This document shows positions 19,268-27,562 of a stretch of 64,000 nt of DNA, piece after piece. The first letter of the stretch is position 1, and the number at the start of each line of letters is the position of its first letter. The stretch is from Caldilineales bacterium (lineage in GTDB: Bacteria > Chloroflexota > Anaerolineae > JAAEKA01): positions 50,607 through 114,606 of the forward strand of contig JAWKOJ010000016.1 in the NCBI GenBank assembly GCA_041391245.1, read 5' to 3'. The notes below the pieces were generated by a model. That model searched no databases and was not told the origin of the DNA. It saw nothing but the letters and a program-made list of their open reading frames with translations. The translations under genes and the position numbers were made by a program.

Positions 19268-20233
19268 TCAGGATGGCAGATGCTGGGCTGCCGGCAGGGG
19301 CCGCTCCGCCGGAGCGTTGCTGCCAATCACTGCTGGCAGGCTGACGGTGAAGGTGCTGCCCTGATTGATGCCACGACTGGTCACGCGCACGACCCCATCA
19401 TGAGCGTGCACGATGCTTTTCACCAGCGCCAGTCCTATTCCAACCCCGTCGTCGGAACGAGTCAGACCGCGGTCGACCTGGTAGAAGCGATCGAATATCT
19501 GATCGATCTCATCCTTCGATATGCCTATGCCCTGATCGGTGATGGCGATATGGACATAGCCGTCGCGCGCCCAGACACGCAATCGGATCAGGGAGGATGG
19601 CCGGCCACCAGTGGCGTTTCCAGAGGGAGGCGCGCTACGTGCCCTTGACCGGCATCCCGCCTCGAGACCATATTTCACAGCGTTATCCAGCAAATCATCG
19701 AAGGCCTGATGCAGCATCGCCGGGTCGCCCATGATCAGCGGCAGACTTCCTGCGGTTTCTAAGGCCACCGCCCCTCCTGCGTGCTCAATCTGCGGCTGCC
19801 ACTTTTCGACAACGGTCTCGATCAGGGCGTCCAGCGGAACGGGGATCTTGTCGATCGTCCCATTGTCAACCATCTGCAGCTTGAGCATCCGCTCGACCAT
19901 GGACTGCAGGCGCCGGCCCTGTTCCAGAATGACTTCTGCGGCCTTTGCCTGCTCCTTGGTAAGCTCGCCCCAATACTCGCCGCTCAGGGTCTCGGCGTAG
20001 CCAATGATCAGTGTCAGCGGCGACCGGAACTCGTGAGAAACGTTCTGCAATATCTCATCTCTTGACCGCAAGGCGCGCGCCAACTGCACGGTGACGTCAG
20101 ACAACGCCATCCGCAGTACCTCCGGATCCTGTGTGCCGGCCGTTTCACCGGCTAGTGGCGCCTTGATCAAGGCTGGCTTGCGGGCGTCAACCGGCGGTGA
20201 GGCGCCGGCAGCAGAAAACGGTTGCAGAACCAT
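19268..20233 (-). CDS. Sensor histidine kinase (HisKA + HATPase_c) without TM or recognisable sensor domain; no response regulator nearby
   Basis: H-box SHEFRSPLT, N-box DNAVKY, G-boxes DQGIGI and GIGLALV. Confidence 0.85.
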   Translation of the reverse strand: MVLQPFSAAGASPPVDARKPALIKAPLAGETAGTQDPEVLRMALSDVTVQLARALRSRDEILQNVSHEFRSPLTLIIGYAETLSGEYWGELTKEQAKAAEVILEQGRRLQSMVERMLKLQMVDNGTIDKIPVPLDALIETVVEKWQPQIEHAGGAVALETAGSLPLIMGDPAMLHQAFDDLLDNAVKYGLEAGCRSRARSAPPSGNATGGRPSSLIRLRVWARDGYVHIAITDQGIGISKDEIDQIFDRFYQVDRGLTRSDDGVGIGLALVKSIVHAHDGVVRVTSRGINQGSTFTVSLPAVIGSNAPAERPLPAAQHLPS

Positions 20234-20262
20234 GGACGATGCTCCACAGATGGGCTGTCGCC

Positions 20263-20565
20263 CTACATGGCGGCCTGGGCGAGCGCAGGGGAATCCTCGG
20301 CCATTGCGAGCTGTTTCAGGGTCGCGTCGGTCACGTGTCGCCCGTGCTGGCGGAAGTCAATCCATTGACCCACCTGACGCGCGAACTGGCTGAAGTCCTG
20401 GGCGCGAATGGTGCCCAGCAGTTCCCACTCATCCTGATTCAGTGTGAATCCTTGACCGAAGAACCCAATTTCGGCTGCCCGGCGCGGGTCGCGCAGGAGT
20501 TGGGCGCGAAACTGATTGTTGATTGCGCCGGCACAAACCAGACGCTCTAATTCGCTATGCCGCAT
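20263..20565 (-). CDS. Small leader-peptide-like protein P4 (divergent member of the P1-P3 family)
   Basis: LERLVCAGAINNQFRAQLLRDPRRAAE...FTLNQDEWELL follows the same pattern as P1-P3. The start overlaps the upstream gene end by 19 nt. Confidence 0.55.
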   Translation of the reverse strand: MRHSELERLVCAGAINNQFRAQLLRDPRRAAEIGFFGQGFTLNQDEWELLGTIRAQDFSQFARQVGQWIDFRQHGRHVTDATLKQLAMAEDSPALAQAAM

Positions 20566-21158
20566 GATTCATCTCCATTCACGATCTGTCCTGGGCTGGA
20601 ACTTTCTGTTGAGGCAGTAAACGCCTGCCAGAACAGAGCTGCGAAACCAGCCAGGATGATGAGGTCTCCTACGCTGAACGCCGTCGGCAGCGGGAAAGGC
20701 GGCGGCACGACGATGGCGTCTGAGAGAAACCTGAGATTGATCTGATCAGCCGGTAGGATGATGTCCTTGGAGCCTTGTCGCAGCGTACCCGCGGGCCAGT
20801 CCGCTATCGTTGTGCCCGGATGAAGTCTGGTCACAGCCTCTTGCGAAATTGGCATGAATCCACCGTTGGAGGCAACCACTACGAAATTGAGCAGGAAGCC
20901 GGCCATCAGCAGGCGCGCGCCAACGTGACGCCAATTCAGGGCACAGAACAGAAACAGCAGAGAATATGACGCCAGGAACAGAAGGCTGCGCCATCCTGCT
21001 CCGCCCCACGCTTGCACCAGAGGAAGCTGCAAGATGAGAGCACAGGGCGCCAACCATAGGGCTCGCAACTCTATCTCAATGGGGCCGGTGGACCTGCGAC
21101 GACCGATCAGGGCGACTGCCGCAAGTATGACCAGGAGCAGCAGCGCAAAGAGCAACAT
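20547..21158 (-). CDS. Polytopic membrane protein, DUF5317-like
   Basis: 203 aa with 5-6 hydrophobic helices. N-terminus MLLFALLLLVILAAVALIGRRR...ELRALWLAP recalls DUF5317; the family assignment is from memory. Confidence 0.6.
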   Translation of the reverse strand: MLLFALLLLVILAAVALIGRRRSTGPIEIELRALWLAPCALILQLPLVQAWGGAGWRSLLFLASYSLLFLFCALNWRHVGARLLMAGFLLNFVVVASNGGFMPISQEAVTRLHPGTTIADWPAGTLRQGSKDIILPADQINLRFLSDAIVVPPPFPLPTAFSVGDLIILAGFAALFWQAFTASTESSSPGQIVNGDESCGIAN

Positions 21159-21171
21159 TACCTAGGTGGCG

Positions 21172-21318
21172 CTACCAGGGCAATATGAAGCCGTAGTGCG
21201 GTGCATCCGGCGCAGCGCCGGCTACTGCCAGCACAACGATTGTGATCACCAGGAGTCCAACACTGGCCTTTTTCGGCTCACTCGCGGCAGCATACGCCTT
21301 GTTGATCAGGTTTTTCAT
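21172..21318 (-). CDS. 48-aa single-pass membrane peptide (below the ORF-track length cutoff)
   Basis: My own translation: MKNLINKAYAAASEPKKASVGLLVITIVVLAVAGAAPDAPHYGFILPW. ATG preceded by AAGGAGA. First gene of the operon, 13 nt upstream of the DUF5317-like gene. Confidence 0.45.
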   Translation of the reverse strand: MKNLINKAYAAASEPKKASVGLLVITIVVLAVAGAAPDAPHYGFILPW

Positions 21319-21405
21319 GATGTGTCTCCTTCGAATTGGGGTGAACGTCGCCGCTGACTAACCAATACTGCGGTTTTCAGCGCTAATTTTATCTTACTCT
21401 GGTAA

Positions 21406-21433
21406 TGTTACTGCCTTGTTACTGCGATGTTAC
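21406..21433 (-). promoter_or_regulatory. Three direct repeats (GTAACA on the coding strand) with exact 11-bp periodicity; candidate SARP/BTAD-regulator binding site
   Basis: TGTTAC at 21406, 21417 and 21428 on the + strand. On the minus strand the last heptamer GTAACAT is followed by 8 nt and then TAAGAT (-10-like). About 90 nt upstream of the 21318 start. Confidence 0.45.
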
Positions 21434-21573
21434 CGGCGCCGGCCGCAGCAAGCAAGACAGCAGGATGTACTGTTGCCAAATCGCGGCCATCTTGGAGACT
21501 TGGCAAGACCCTGTCAGGAAAACGCCACTCGGCGGCCTGGAAAAAAACCTGTCCCGAGCGGCTTTGGGCAGAT

Positions 21574-21601
21574 CAAAACAAAGGCCGCCCGACGGGCAGC
21601 C
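21574..21601 (-). terminator. Rho-independent terminator after the regulator gene
   Basis: Minus-strand hairpin GGCUGCCC-GUC-GGGCGGCC followed by UUUGUUUUG, about 30 nt after the stop at 21634. Confidence 0.5.
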
Positions 21602-21633
21602 TCTGCAGTTCCGGAGACATGTCTTCGGCGCTG

Positions 21634-24600
21634 CTAGCGGTTCAATTCCAGAATCTGACGGTATGCCACCTGAATCGCGGGACCGGGATCAACCCCCAGA
21701 TCATCGCGCAGCAGCCTTCTGAGTTGCCGGAACGACTCCATGGCCGCGGCCCGATTGCCGCTGCTGGCCTGGGCTGACATCAGCCCCTGCCAGGCTTGCT
21801 CGTGATAAGGCTGGCGGGTCAGCACCTGCCGGAACAGGTCGATCGCCAGATCGTTCCGGCCGAGCTGGCTGCGCAGCTGGGCCAGGGCCAGAAGTGCGGA
21901 CTGGTAGTCGAGCGAGAGCTTCTCCCGCTCCGCTGTTACCCAGCCGGCAGTTACTTGCTCCATGAGATCGCCAACGTAGAGATCGATGGCCTGCTGGTAG
22001 CGCTGCGCCCGCGCGGCCGGATCGTCCCCGATACGGTGCACTTCTTGCAACAGTCGCCGGAACTCCCAGACATCATACCAGACGCCCGCGGGCAGCTCAA
22101 GGGACAGCCAACCCGACTCGGTGCCGACAGCACAGATCGCGCGCCGGAGGCGATATAGCGTCACCCGCAGCGAGCCATCGGCCTTCTGCAACGGCCAGTC
22201 GGGCCAAAACTGTTCGATAACCTCCTCTTTGCGAACCGGCTGCGGGTGACGGCTCAACAGGAAGAAGAAGAGTTCCTTGACCTGCTCGCGCTGTGCTGCC
22301 AGCTCGTCGTCGCCGAGAAGAACATGGCTTCGTCCAAACCCGTAGATGCGAAGCGAATGCACGTCGGAATGGACTGTCGCGGCGACATCAATCTCCGCGA
22401 CAGAACGGGTCTGATCGATCCGCTTCAACGCCTGCTCGAACCGCCGCCCGCTGGGCAGTCGCTGTGCTCCCAGCCGCAGCAAGCCGGGCATCTGCCGTCC
22501 ATCGACGGAAATGAAGAAATCGTAGCCCAGTTGGCTGGCGAGCCCATCGACGCGCGCCAGATGTTGCAGCGCGTCCGCTTCCCGGCCGGTTAGAAATGCG
22601 CTGAACCCCAGGAACAGCTCGGTCTGCGCCAGTTCCAGCGTGTAGCCGCCGGCGCTCATGACGTCTCTGGCGGCGTGCAAGCAGGTCAGAGCGGTTTGGT
22701 AGTCGCCGCGGTCCTGCGCCAGCGCTCCCTGGCGCAACTTGCACAGCCCGCCCAGATAGTTGGATCCGATCTTCTCTGCGCGGGCGGCTGCCTGCGACAG
22801 TTTGGCTTCGGACGCCGCACCGTTCTTCATCTGACGCAGCGTCTCCCCTTGACCACACAGGCTATAGACCACAAAGAACTCGTCGCGAACCTGCTCAGCC
22901 AGGTTCAGACTCTGGCCAAAGAGCGTCATGGCTGCATCGCGTGCACCCCGGTCGCGCTGCAGGTCGGCCTGGCTGGCCAGGATGACACTTTGCAGCCGCA
23001 ACAGCCCGCTCTGTTCTGCCGTCTCGAAAGCGCTGGCAAGTATCTGCTCAGCCTCACCCAGCTCGCCCTGAAGATAGTAGACCAGCCCCAGGCTGTTGAG
23101 CGTGTTTGCCAGCCAGCCGGGATTGCCGAGTTGAGCCCAGCACCCGAGCGCCTTGCGGTAATAGTGCACCGCCTCGCTGATCTTGCCGGCGGCGCGGTGC
23201 GAGATGCCAAGGTTGTGATACGTGCCGGCCGCGTTCTGAGTATCGCCGATGGCCACAAACATCTCAGAAGCGCTGGTCAGGCTTGCAATTGCCTCGGGCA
23301 GTTGGCCAAGCCCGTAGTAGCACAGGCCCTGACAATCCAGCAAGCGGCCGTGCAGCCCCATCCTGTCCTGCGCGCTTGTGATCCTTTCCAGCAACCCCAG
23401 CGCCGTTTCGATGTGCTGCAACGACTCGGTGTAGTTCCCGCGACGGTGCATCGCAATGGCCAGGCGCCACATAGTCTCGACCTCGTCAGGCACCTGTCCG
23501 CGTCGGCGAAATGTATCCAGTGCAAGCGCAAAGAGAGGCTGGGCAGATTCAAGGTCGCCGCGTTCGACGTAGAGTGTTGCCCGCCACGCCAGCAGGCGCG
23601 GGCGGGCGCGCACCACCGGATCGGGCAGCGCGTCCAACCACTGTGTGAGCGAATCCCAGCGGCGGGCGTCGAGAAGGATGCGCCCGGTGTGTTCCAACGT
23701 TTCGGCAGCCTCCTCGACCATCTCCAGTTCGAGGTAGATTGCAACGGTGCGCTGCCATTCGCCGCGTGCGGCGTAAAGCTGTGCACTGCGCACCAGTAGC
23801 TCCCGGTAGCGCGCAGGATCATCCTGACGCAGCCGATGGCGCAGAAAGTCGCGGTACAGGTGATGAAAGGAATAGACCTGATTGCCGGCGTGGCTCAGAA
23901 AGACGTTGCTGCGCGCCATCCGGCCAAGCATCGCACCAGAGTCGCTCCTCGCCAGCAACTGGTCGCAATCACGCGGAGTCATGCTGTCCAGCACCGACGC
24001 TTCCAGCATGAACTCACGGGCCGGAGCGGTCTGAAAACTGAGCACCTGCTCAGCCAGGTAGTCATACACCCGGCCGCTGACTTCGGGCAGGTTGACCACG
24101 CCTTTAACCAACTCGGTCCACGTCGCCTGATGGGCCGTCAGAAGAATGCCGGTGATCCAGCCATCGCTGTGCCGGGCAAGTTCTTCCGCCCGCTCGTCGG
24201 ACATCGCGAGATCATAGCTTTGCTGAACCAACTGCTGAATCTCGGATGGGGTGAACTTGAGCTCTTCCTGGCTGATGCCGATCATCTGGCCGCGGGCGGC
24301 CATCAGGGACTGGTCAGGGATTGCGGGCAGGGTCCGGCTGGCGAGCATGAGGTGGAAGCTGTCGTCGGTGTAGCGCAGCAGCAGGGAGAGGAAGTCGTTG
24401 ATCGGCTCGCTGGCTTCCAGGTTGTGAAAATCATCCAGCACCACCACGAAAAAATCGGCGATCTCGTAGATCTCGTTGGCTAGCACCGCAGCCAGGGAAT
24501 AGACGTTCGCCCCGACATCGTTGGTGTTGTCCAGCGCCGCCTGCACGCGCACACCGAATCCGGGAAACTGTACGCCAATGGAGGCAACGAGGTGGCTGAG

Positions 24601-24921
24601 AAAAACCCGTGGATCCGCGTCGTATTCGTCGAGCGCGTACCAGCAAACCGGCACATCCAACTGATGCGCCAGATCGGTGAGCACGCTGGTCTTCCCATAC
24701 CCTGCCGGCGCCGAGACCACGATCAGTTTGCGGTCGATCTGCCCGTGCAGAAAGTCCACCAGGCGCGGCCGGTGCAGCAGTTCGCCTCTGCGTGAGGGAA
24801 CCAGCAGTTTTGTAGCGATGATCGGTGTGGACGCAGACATCGTCGCGGTATCGTTGGCTGGCTGCTCAAAAAGTGACAGGTCGGTAGGTTTTGGTGACGC
24901 CCGGAGAAATCGGAGGGACAA
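21634..24921 (-). CDS. Large transcriptional regulator: MalT-like P-loop ATPase - TPR - winged-helix (OmpR-type) - BTAD (SARP-like C-terminus)
   Basis: Walker A SAPAGYGKTS with long TPR-like repeats. C-terminus: LRIYGFGRSHVLLGDDEL...VRKEEVIEQFWPD...LRVTLYRLRRAI, then BTAD-like YQQAIDLYVGDLM...WVTAEREKL...LRDDLGVDPGP. An alternative start is at 24840. Confidence 0.85.
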   Translation of the reverse strand: MSLRFLRASPKPTDLSLFEQPANDTATMSASTPIIATKLLVPSRRGELLHRPRLVDFLHGQIDRKLIVVSAPAGYGKTSVLTDLAHQLDVPVCWYALDEYDADPRVFLSHLVASIGVQFPGFGVRVQAALDNTNDVGANVYSLAAVLANEIYEIADFFVVVLDDFHNLEASEPINDFLSLLLRYTDDSFHLMLASRTLPAIPDQSLMAARGQMIGISQEELKFTPSEIQQLVQQSYDLAMSDERAEELARHSDGWITGILLTAHQATWTELVKGVVNLPEVSGRVYDYLAEQVLSFQTAPAREFMLEASVLDSMTPRDCDQLLARSDSGAMLGRMARSNVFLSHAGNQVYSFHHLYRDFLRHRLRQDDPARYRELLVRSAQLYAARGEWQRTVAIYLELEMVEEAAETLEHTGRILLDARRWDSLTQWLDALPDPVVRARPRLLAWRATLYVERGDLESAQPLFALALDTFRRRGQVPDEVETMWRLAIAMHRRGNYTESLQHIETALGLLERITSAQDRMGLHGRLLDCQGLCYYGLGQLPEAIASLTSASEMFVAIGDTQNAAGTYHNLGISHRAAGKISEAVHYYRKALGCWAQLGNPGWLANTLNSLGLVYYLQGELGEAEQILASAFETAEQSGLLRLQSVILASQADLQRDRGARDAAMTLFGQSLNLAEQVRDEFFVVYSLCGQGETLRQMKNGAASEAKLSQAAARAEKIGSNYLGGLCKLRQGALAQDRGDYQTALTCLHAARDVMSAGGYTLELAQTELFLGFSAFLTGREADALQHLARVDGLASQLGYDFFISVDGRQMPGLLRLGAQRLPSGRRFEQALKRIDQTRSVAEIDVAATVHSDVHSLRIYGFGRSHVLLGDDELAAQREQVKELFFFLLSRHPQPVRKEEVIEQFWPDWPLQKADGSLRVTLYRLRRAICAVGTESGWLSLELPAGVWYDVWEFRRLLQEVHRIGDDPAARAQRYQQAIDLYVGDLMEQVTAGWVTAEREKLSLDYQSALLALAQLRSQLGRNDLAIDLFRQVLTRQPYHEQAWQGLMSAQASSGNRAAAMESFRQLRRLLRDDLGVDPGPAIQVAYRQILELNR

Positions 24922-25054
24922 TCCGTGCGGATTGGCTGTCTTTCACAAGTGGCTACGGATCAGCGCATTGTGGCTGGCCCCAGCGTAGTCGATTCAAGCA
25001 CTCGCAACTCCCACATCAATTATGACGAAAACGGCCGGATAAAGTTATTCCCGG

Positions 25055-25083
25055 TTGCGCAATTGGTCAGCATTGATTATACT
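25055..25083 (+). promoter_or_regulatory. Sigma70-like promoter TTGCGC-N17-TATACT
   Basis: Read directly, about 185 nt upstream of the LysM protein start. Confidence 0.3.
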
Positions 25084-25266
25084 CATGCTGTGAGATACGC
25101 ATAGCGCAATCCGATCACTTGGGTTTTCTCGCTCACGCCGCTTCCGGCACGACCGGCAGCGTTGCCGCCAATTGGCCGTAACTTTCCTCAGACGCCTGCG
25201 TCATGATTTTTGCTATCGAGTAGGGCTTCTAAAGCGGGATTTCGAGTTCCAAAGGAGGAAACTGTC

Positions 25267-25917
25267 ATGCGAATCACTCGGCGATCGACCATTGCAGTTG
25301 CGCTTCTGATAGCCGCGCTGCTAATGATGGCTCTCGTGCCGGCCGCGCAGGCTGCACCGGAGGCCGTTCCGCCGGCTTCGTGCGGATATTGGTACACTGT
25401 TCAGGCGGGCCAGGGCTGGTACAGTGTGTCGGCTGCCACAGGCGTGTCCGTATCAGCGCTGCAGGCTGCCAATCCTGGCAAGGTCCGCCCGCCCAACAAC
25501 TGGCTCTACGTTGGCGAGAGCCTGTGGATTCCGTGCGGCGGCCCACCGCCACCACCTCCGCCACCTAGCTGTGGCTACTGGTACACCGTACAGCCTGGCC
25601 AGGGCTGGTACAGCGTCTCCGCAGCGACAGGTGTTTCGGTGTGGTCCTTGCAGGCAGCCAATCCCGGAAAGGTTCGTCCGCCCAACAACTGGCTGTATGC
25701 CGGCGAGAAGCTGTGGATACCGTGTGGCGCGCCGCCACCGCCACCGCCGCCGCCCCCAAGCTGCAGCTACTGGTACACCGTGCAGGCCGGACAGGGTTGG
25801 TATAGCGTCTCCGCTGCGACAGGCGTTTCGGTGTCGGCCCTGCAGGCGTGCAATCCGGGCAAGGTTCGCCCGCCCAACTACTGGCTCTACACCGGCGAGA
25901 AGCTGTGTATCCCGTAG
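25267..25917 (+). CDS. Secreted protein with three LysM domains joined by poly-proline linkers
   Basis: ATG after AAGGAGG. Signal peptide MRITRRSTIAVALLIAALLMMALVPAAQA. Three repeats of CGYWYTVQ.GQGWYSVSAATGVSV..LQA.NPGKVRPPN.WLY.GE.LWIPC, separated by P8-10 runs. Confidence 0.85.
   Translation: MRITRRSTIAVALLIAALLMMALVPAAQAAPEAVPPASCGYWYTVQAGQGWYSVSAATGVSVSALQAANPGKVRPPNNWLYVGESLWIPCGGPPPPPPPPSCGYWYTVQPGQGWYSVSAATGVSVWSLQAANPGKVRPPNNWLYAGEKLWIPCGAPPPPPPPPPSCSYWYTVQAGQGWYSVSAATGVSVSALQACNPGKVRPPNYWLYTGEKLCIP
25378..25917 (+). repeat. Three in-frame tandem repeats of 189-192 nt (the LysM units)
   Basis: Unit starts at 25378, 25567 and 25759, read from the sequence. Confidence 0.8.
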
Positions 25918-26082
25918 GCGGCATCTCCTTCACCAACTGACAGAAAGCTAGATCAAAAGCTCCGGGCACAGCACCCGGAGCTTTTGGTTTGGCTACTTGT
26001 TCCATGCTCGGTTTGGTAATGCCTTTTCCACGTGGTATCATTCCCCACGCAATCATTCCATCGACGAAGGACATTTCACTCC

Positions 26083-26547
26083 ATGGCCGACATTGACGGC
26101 GTTGCGATCAAGCAACTGACGACCTATCCCGACCAGCGCGGTTTCTTTCGTGAGGTAGTACGCGTCACGGATGACTTCTTTGGCGAAGGTTTCGGCCAAT
26201 GGAGCCACACCAAGTCATATCAGGGCGTGGTCAAGGCGTGGCACGTTCACCAGAAACAGGTGGACTGGTGGTATGTCGCCAGCGGGCGGGTCAAAGTAGC
26301 CCTCTACGACACCCGCGCCGACTCGCCCACTCACGGCCACTTGATGGAGATTCTGCTGGGAGAGGATATGGCGCCGTCCGTATTGCGGGTTCCGCCCGGA
26401 GTCGCTCACGGGTATCGCGTCCTAAGCCCCGAGGCGCATCTGTTCTACATCACCAGCCGCACCTATGATCCTGACGACGAGGGCAGGTTGCCGCACGACG
26501 ATCCAGAGATCGGCTACGACTGGGTGTCAGGTCCGCCCATCACCTGA
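26083..26547 (+). CDS. dTDP-4-dehydrorhamnose 3,5-epimerase-like cupin (RmlC family)
   Basis: DQRGFFREV, KAWHVHQKQVDWWYV, VALYDTRADSPTHG, PPGVAHGY. Confidence 0.75.
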   Translation: MADIDGVAIKQLTTYPDQRGFFREVVRVTDDFFGEGFGQWSHTKSYQGVVKAWHVHQKQVDWWYVASGRVKVALYDTRADSPTHGHLMEILLGEDMAPSVLRVPPGVAHGYRVLSPEAHLFYITSRTYDPDDEGRLPHDDPEIGYDWVSGPPIT

Positions 26548-26573
26548 TCCCCAAGACCTGTTTCATCACCGCA

Positions 26574-26619
26574 CAGAACAGCGCCCGCGCACCGCAATGC
26601 GAGGGCGCTGTTTGTTCTG
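26574..26619 (+). terminator. Long GC-rich hairpin after the cupin gene (terminator-like, no clear U-tract)
   Basis: CAGAACAGCGCCC ... GGGCGCTGTTTGTTCTG. Confidence 0.4.
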
Positions 26620-26658
26620 AGCAAAGTCCTTATTAAACCACAATCTGTTGCCTCCGAC

Positions 26659-26676
26659 ATATGATCTGGATCATAT
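26659..26676. promoter_or_regulatory. Perfect palindrome ATATGATC-TG-GATCATAT in the AT-rich region upstream of the hdr-mvh operon (candidate operator)
   Basis: Read directly. Lies in the only markedly AT-rich stretch of this intergenic region. Confidence 0.3.
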
Positions 26677-26952
26677 ACAGCAAGAGAAAGTTCTGATATT
26701 CTAGTACCAAGTTAATTACTTATTTCACAGTATCGGGTGTGATATTGATTCGCGTTGGCAGGGAGACCAAAAACTGAAACTGCGGAGTTGCTTTCAGCTT
26801 ATGTGAACGCCAGTCCAGCTTGGATCTGGCGAGGATTTGTTGGGCCTGAGTGTCACCTGAACGGCAAAAGTCTGTATCTGGTGGCTGTAGCAGGCGGTGT
26901 CACGGATGGGCCGTCATTCGACGAGCTTCCGTCGCTGACATAAGGAGGATCC

Positions 26953-27562
26953 ATGGCTGTATCGTCAGGTACCCGAGCGGTCACCGCGATTTCCTTCATG
27001 CAAGAGGTGATCGAGGCAACACCGGGCGCTTCGCCGCCTGGAACGCTGCATTCAGTGCGGCACCTGCGGCGGCTCATGTCCGTCGGGTGCGGACATGGAG
27101 CACACGCCGCGCCAGTTGTTCGCCATGATTGAGGCAGGAATGCGGGAAGAAGTGCTGCGCAGCAATACCTTCTGGTACTGCGTCTCCTGCTATTTCTGCA
27201 TGGCCCGCTGCCCCCAGGAAGTTCACATCACCGACCTGATGTACACCCTCAAGCGCATGGCGATCCGGGAGGGGTACTACCGCGAGTCGACGGCCGCCGA
27301 CGCGCCGGACTTCTCGGAGACGTTCATCGACTTCGTGGAGAACTACGGTCGGAGCTTCGAGCTGGGCCTGGCAACCCGCTATCATCTGCGCCACCATCCC
27401 ATGGGCGCGATCAAACAGGCGACGGGCATCGGCTGGAATCTGCTGCGACGGGGACGCATGGACCTCACGCCCCAGCGGATCAAAGGGGTCGATCAACTGC
27501 AAGCGATCCTCGCCAGGGCCAAAGAACTGGAGGCCGTCAACGGCGGTGGAGGTGTGCAATGA
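26953..27562 (+). CDS. hdrC: Heterodisulfide reductase subunit C-like (2x 4Fe-4S), one frameshift near 27025-27035
   Basis: ATG after AAGGAGG gives MAVSSGTRAVTAISFMQEVIEATPG. The continuation RLERCIQCGTCGGSCPSGADMEH...CVSCYFCMARCP is in the next frame (ORF 27095..27562). Confidence 0.75.

Noticed and set aside
25084-25266. c-di-AMP (ydaO-type) riboswitch in the long leader of the LysM gene.
   Set aside because: This class is known to precede cell-wall genes, but I could not find its conserved ACGGGG/GGGGA-type cores here. An Infernal scan would settle it.
26735-26760. CRP-type box upstream of the hdr operon (TGTGATATTGATTCGC and the TCACA-N8-TGTGA arrangement).
   Set aside because: The second half-site does not match TCACA/TCATA, and the inverted arrangement has non-canonical spacing. 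The match is too weak to call.
26755-26943. 62-aa ORF immediately upstream of hdrC, as a leader peptide or small subunit.
   Set aside because: Non-ATG start, no ribosome-binding site, atypical composition and no recognisable family. It is more likely untranslated leader sequence.
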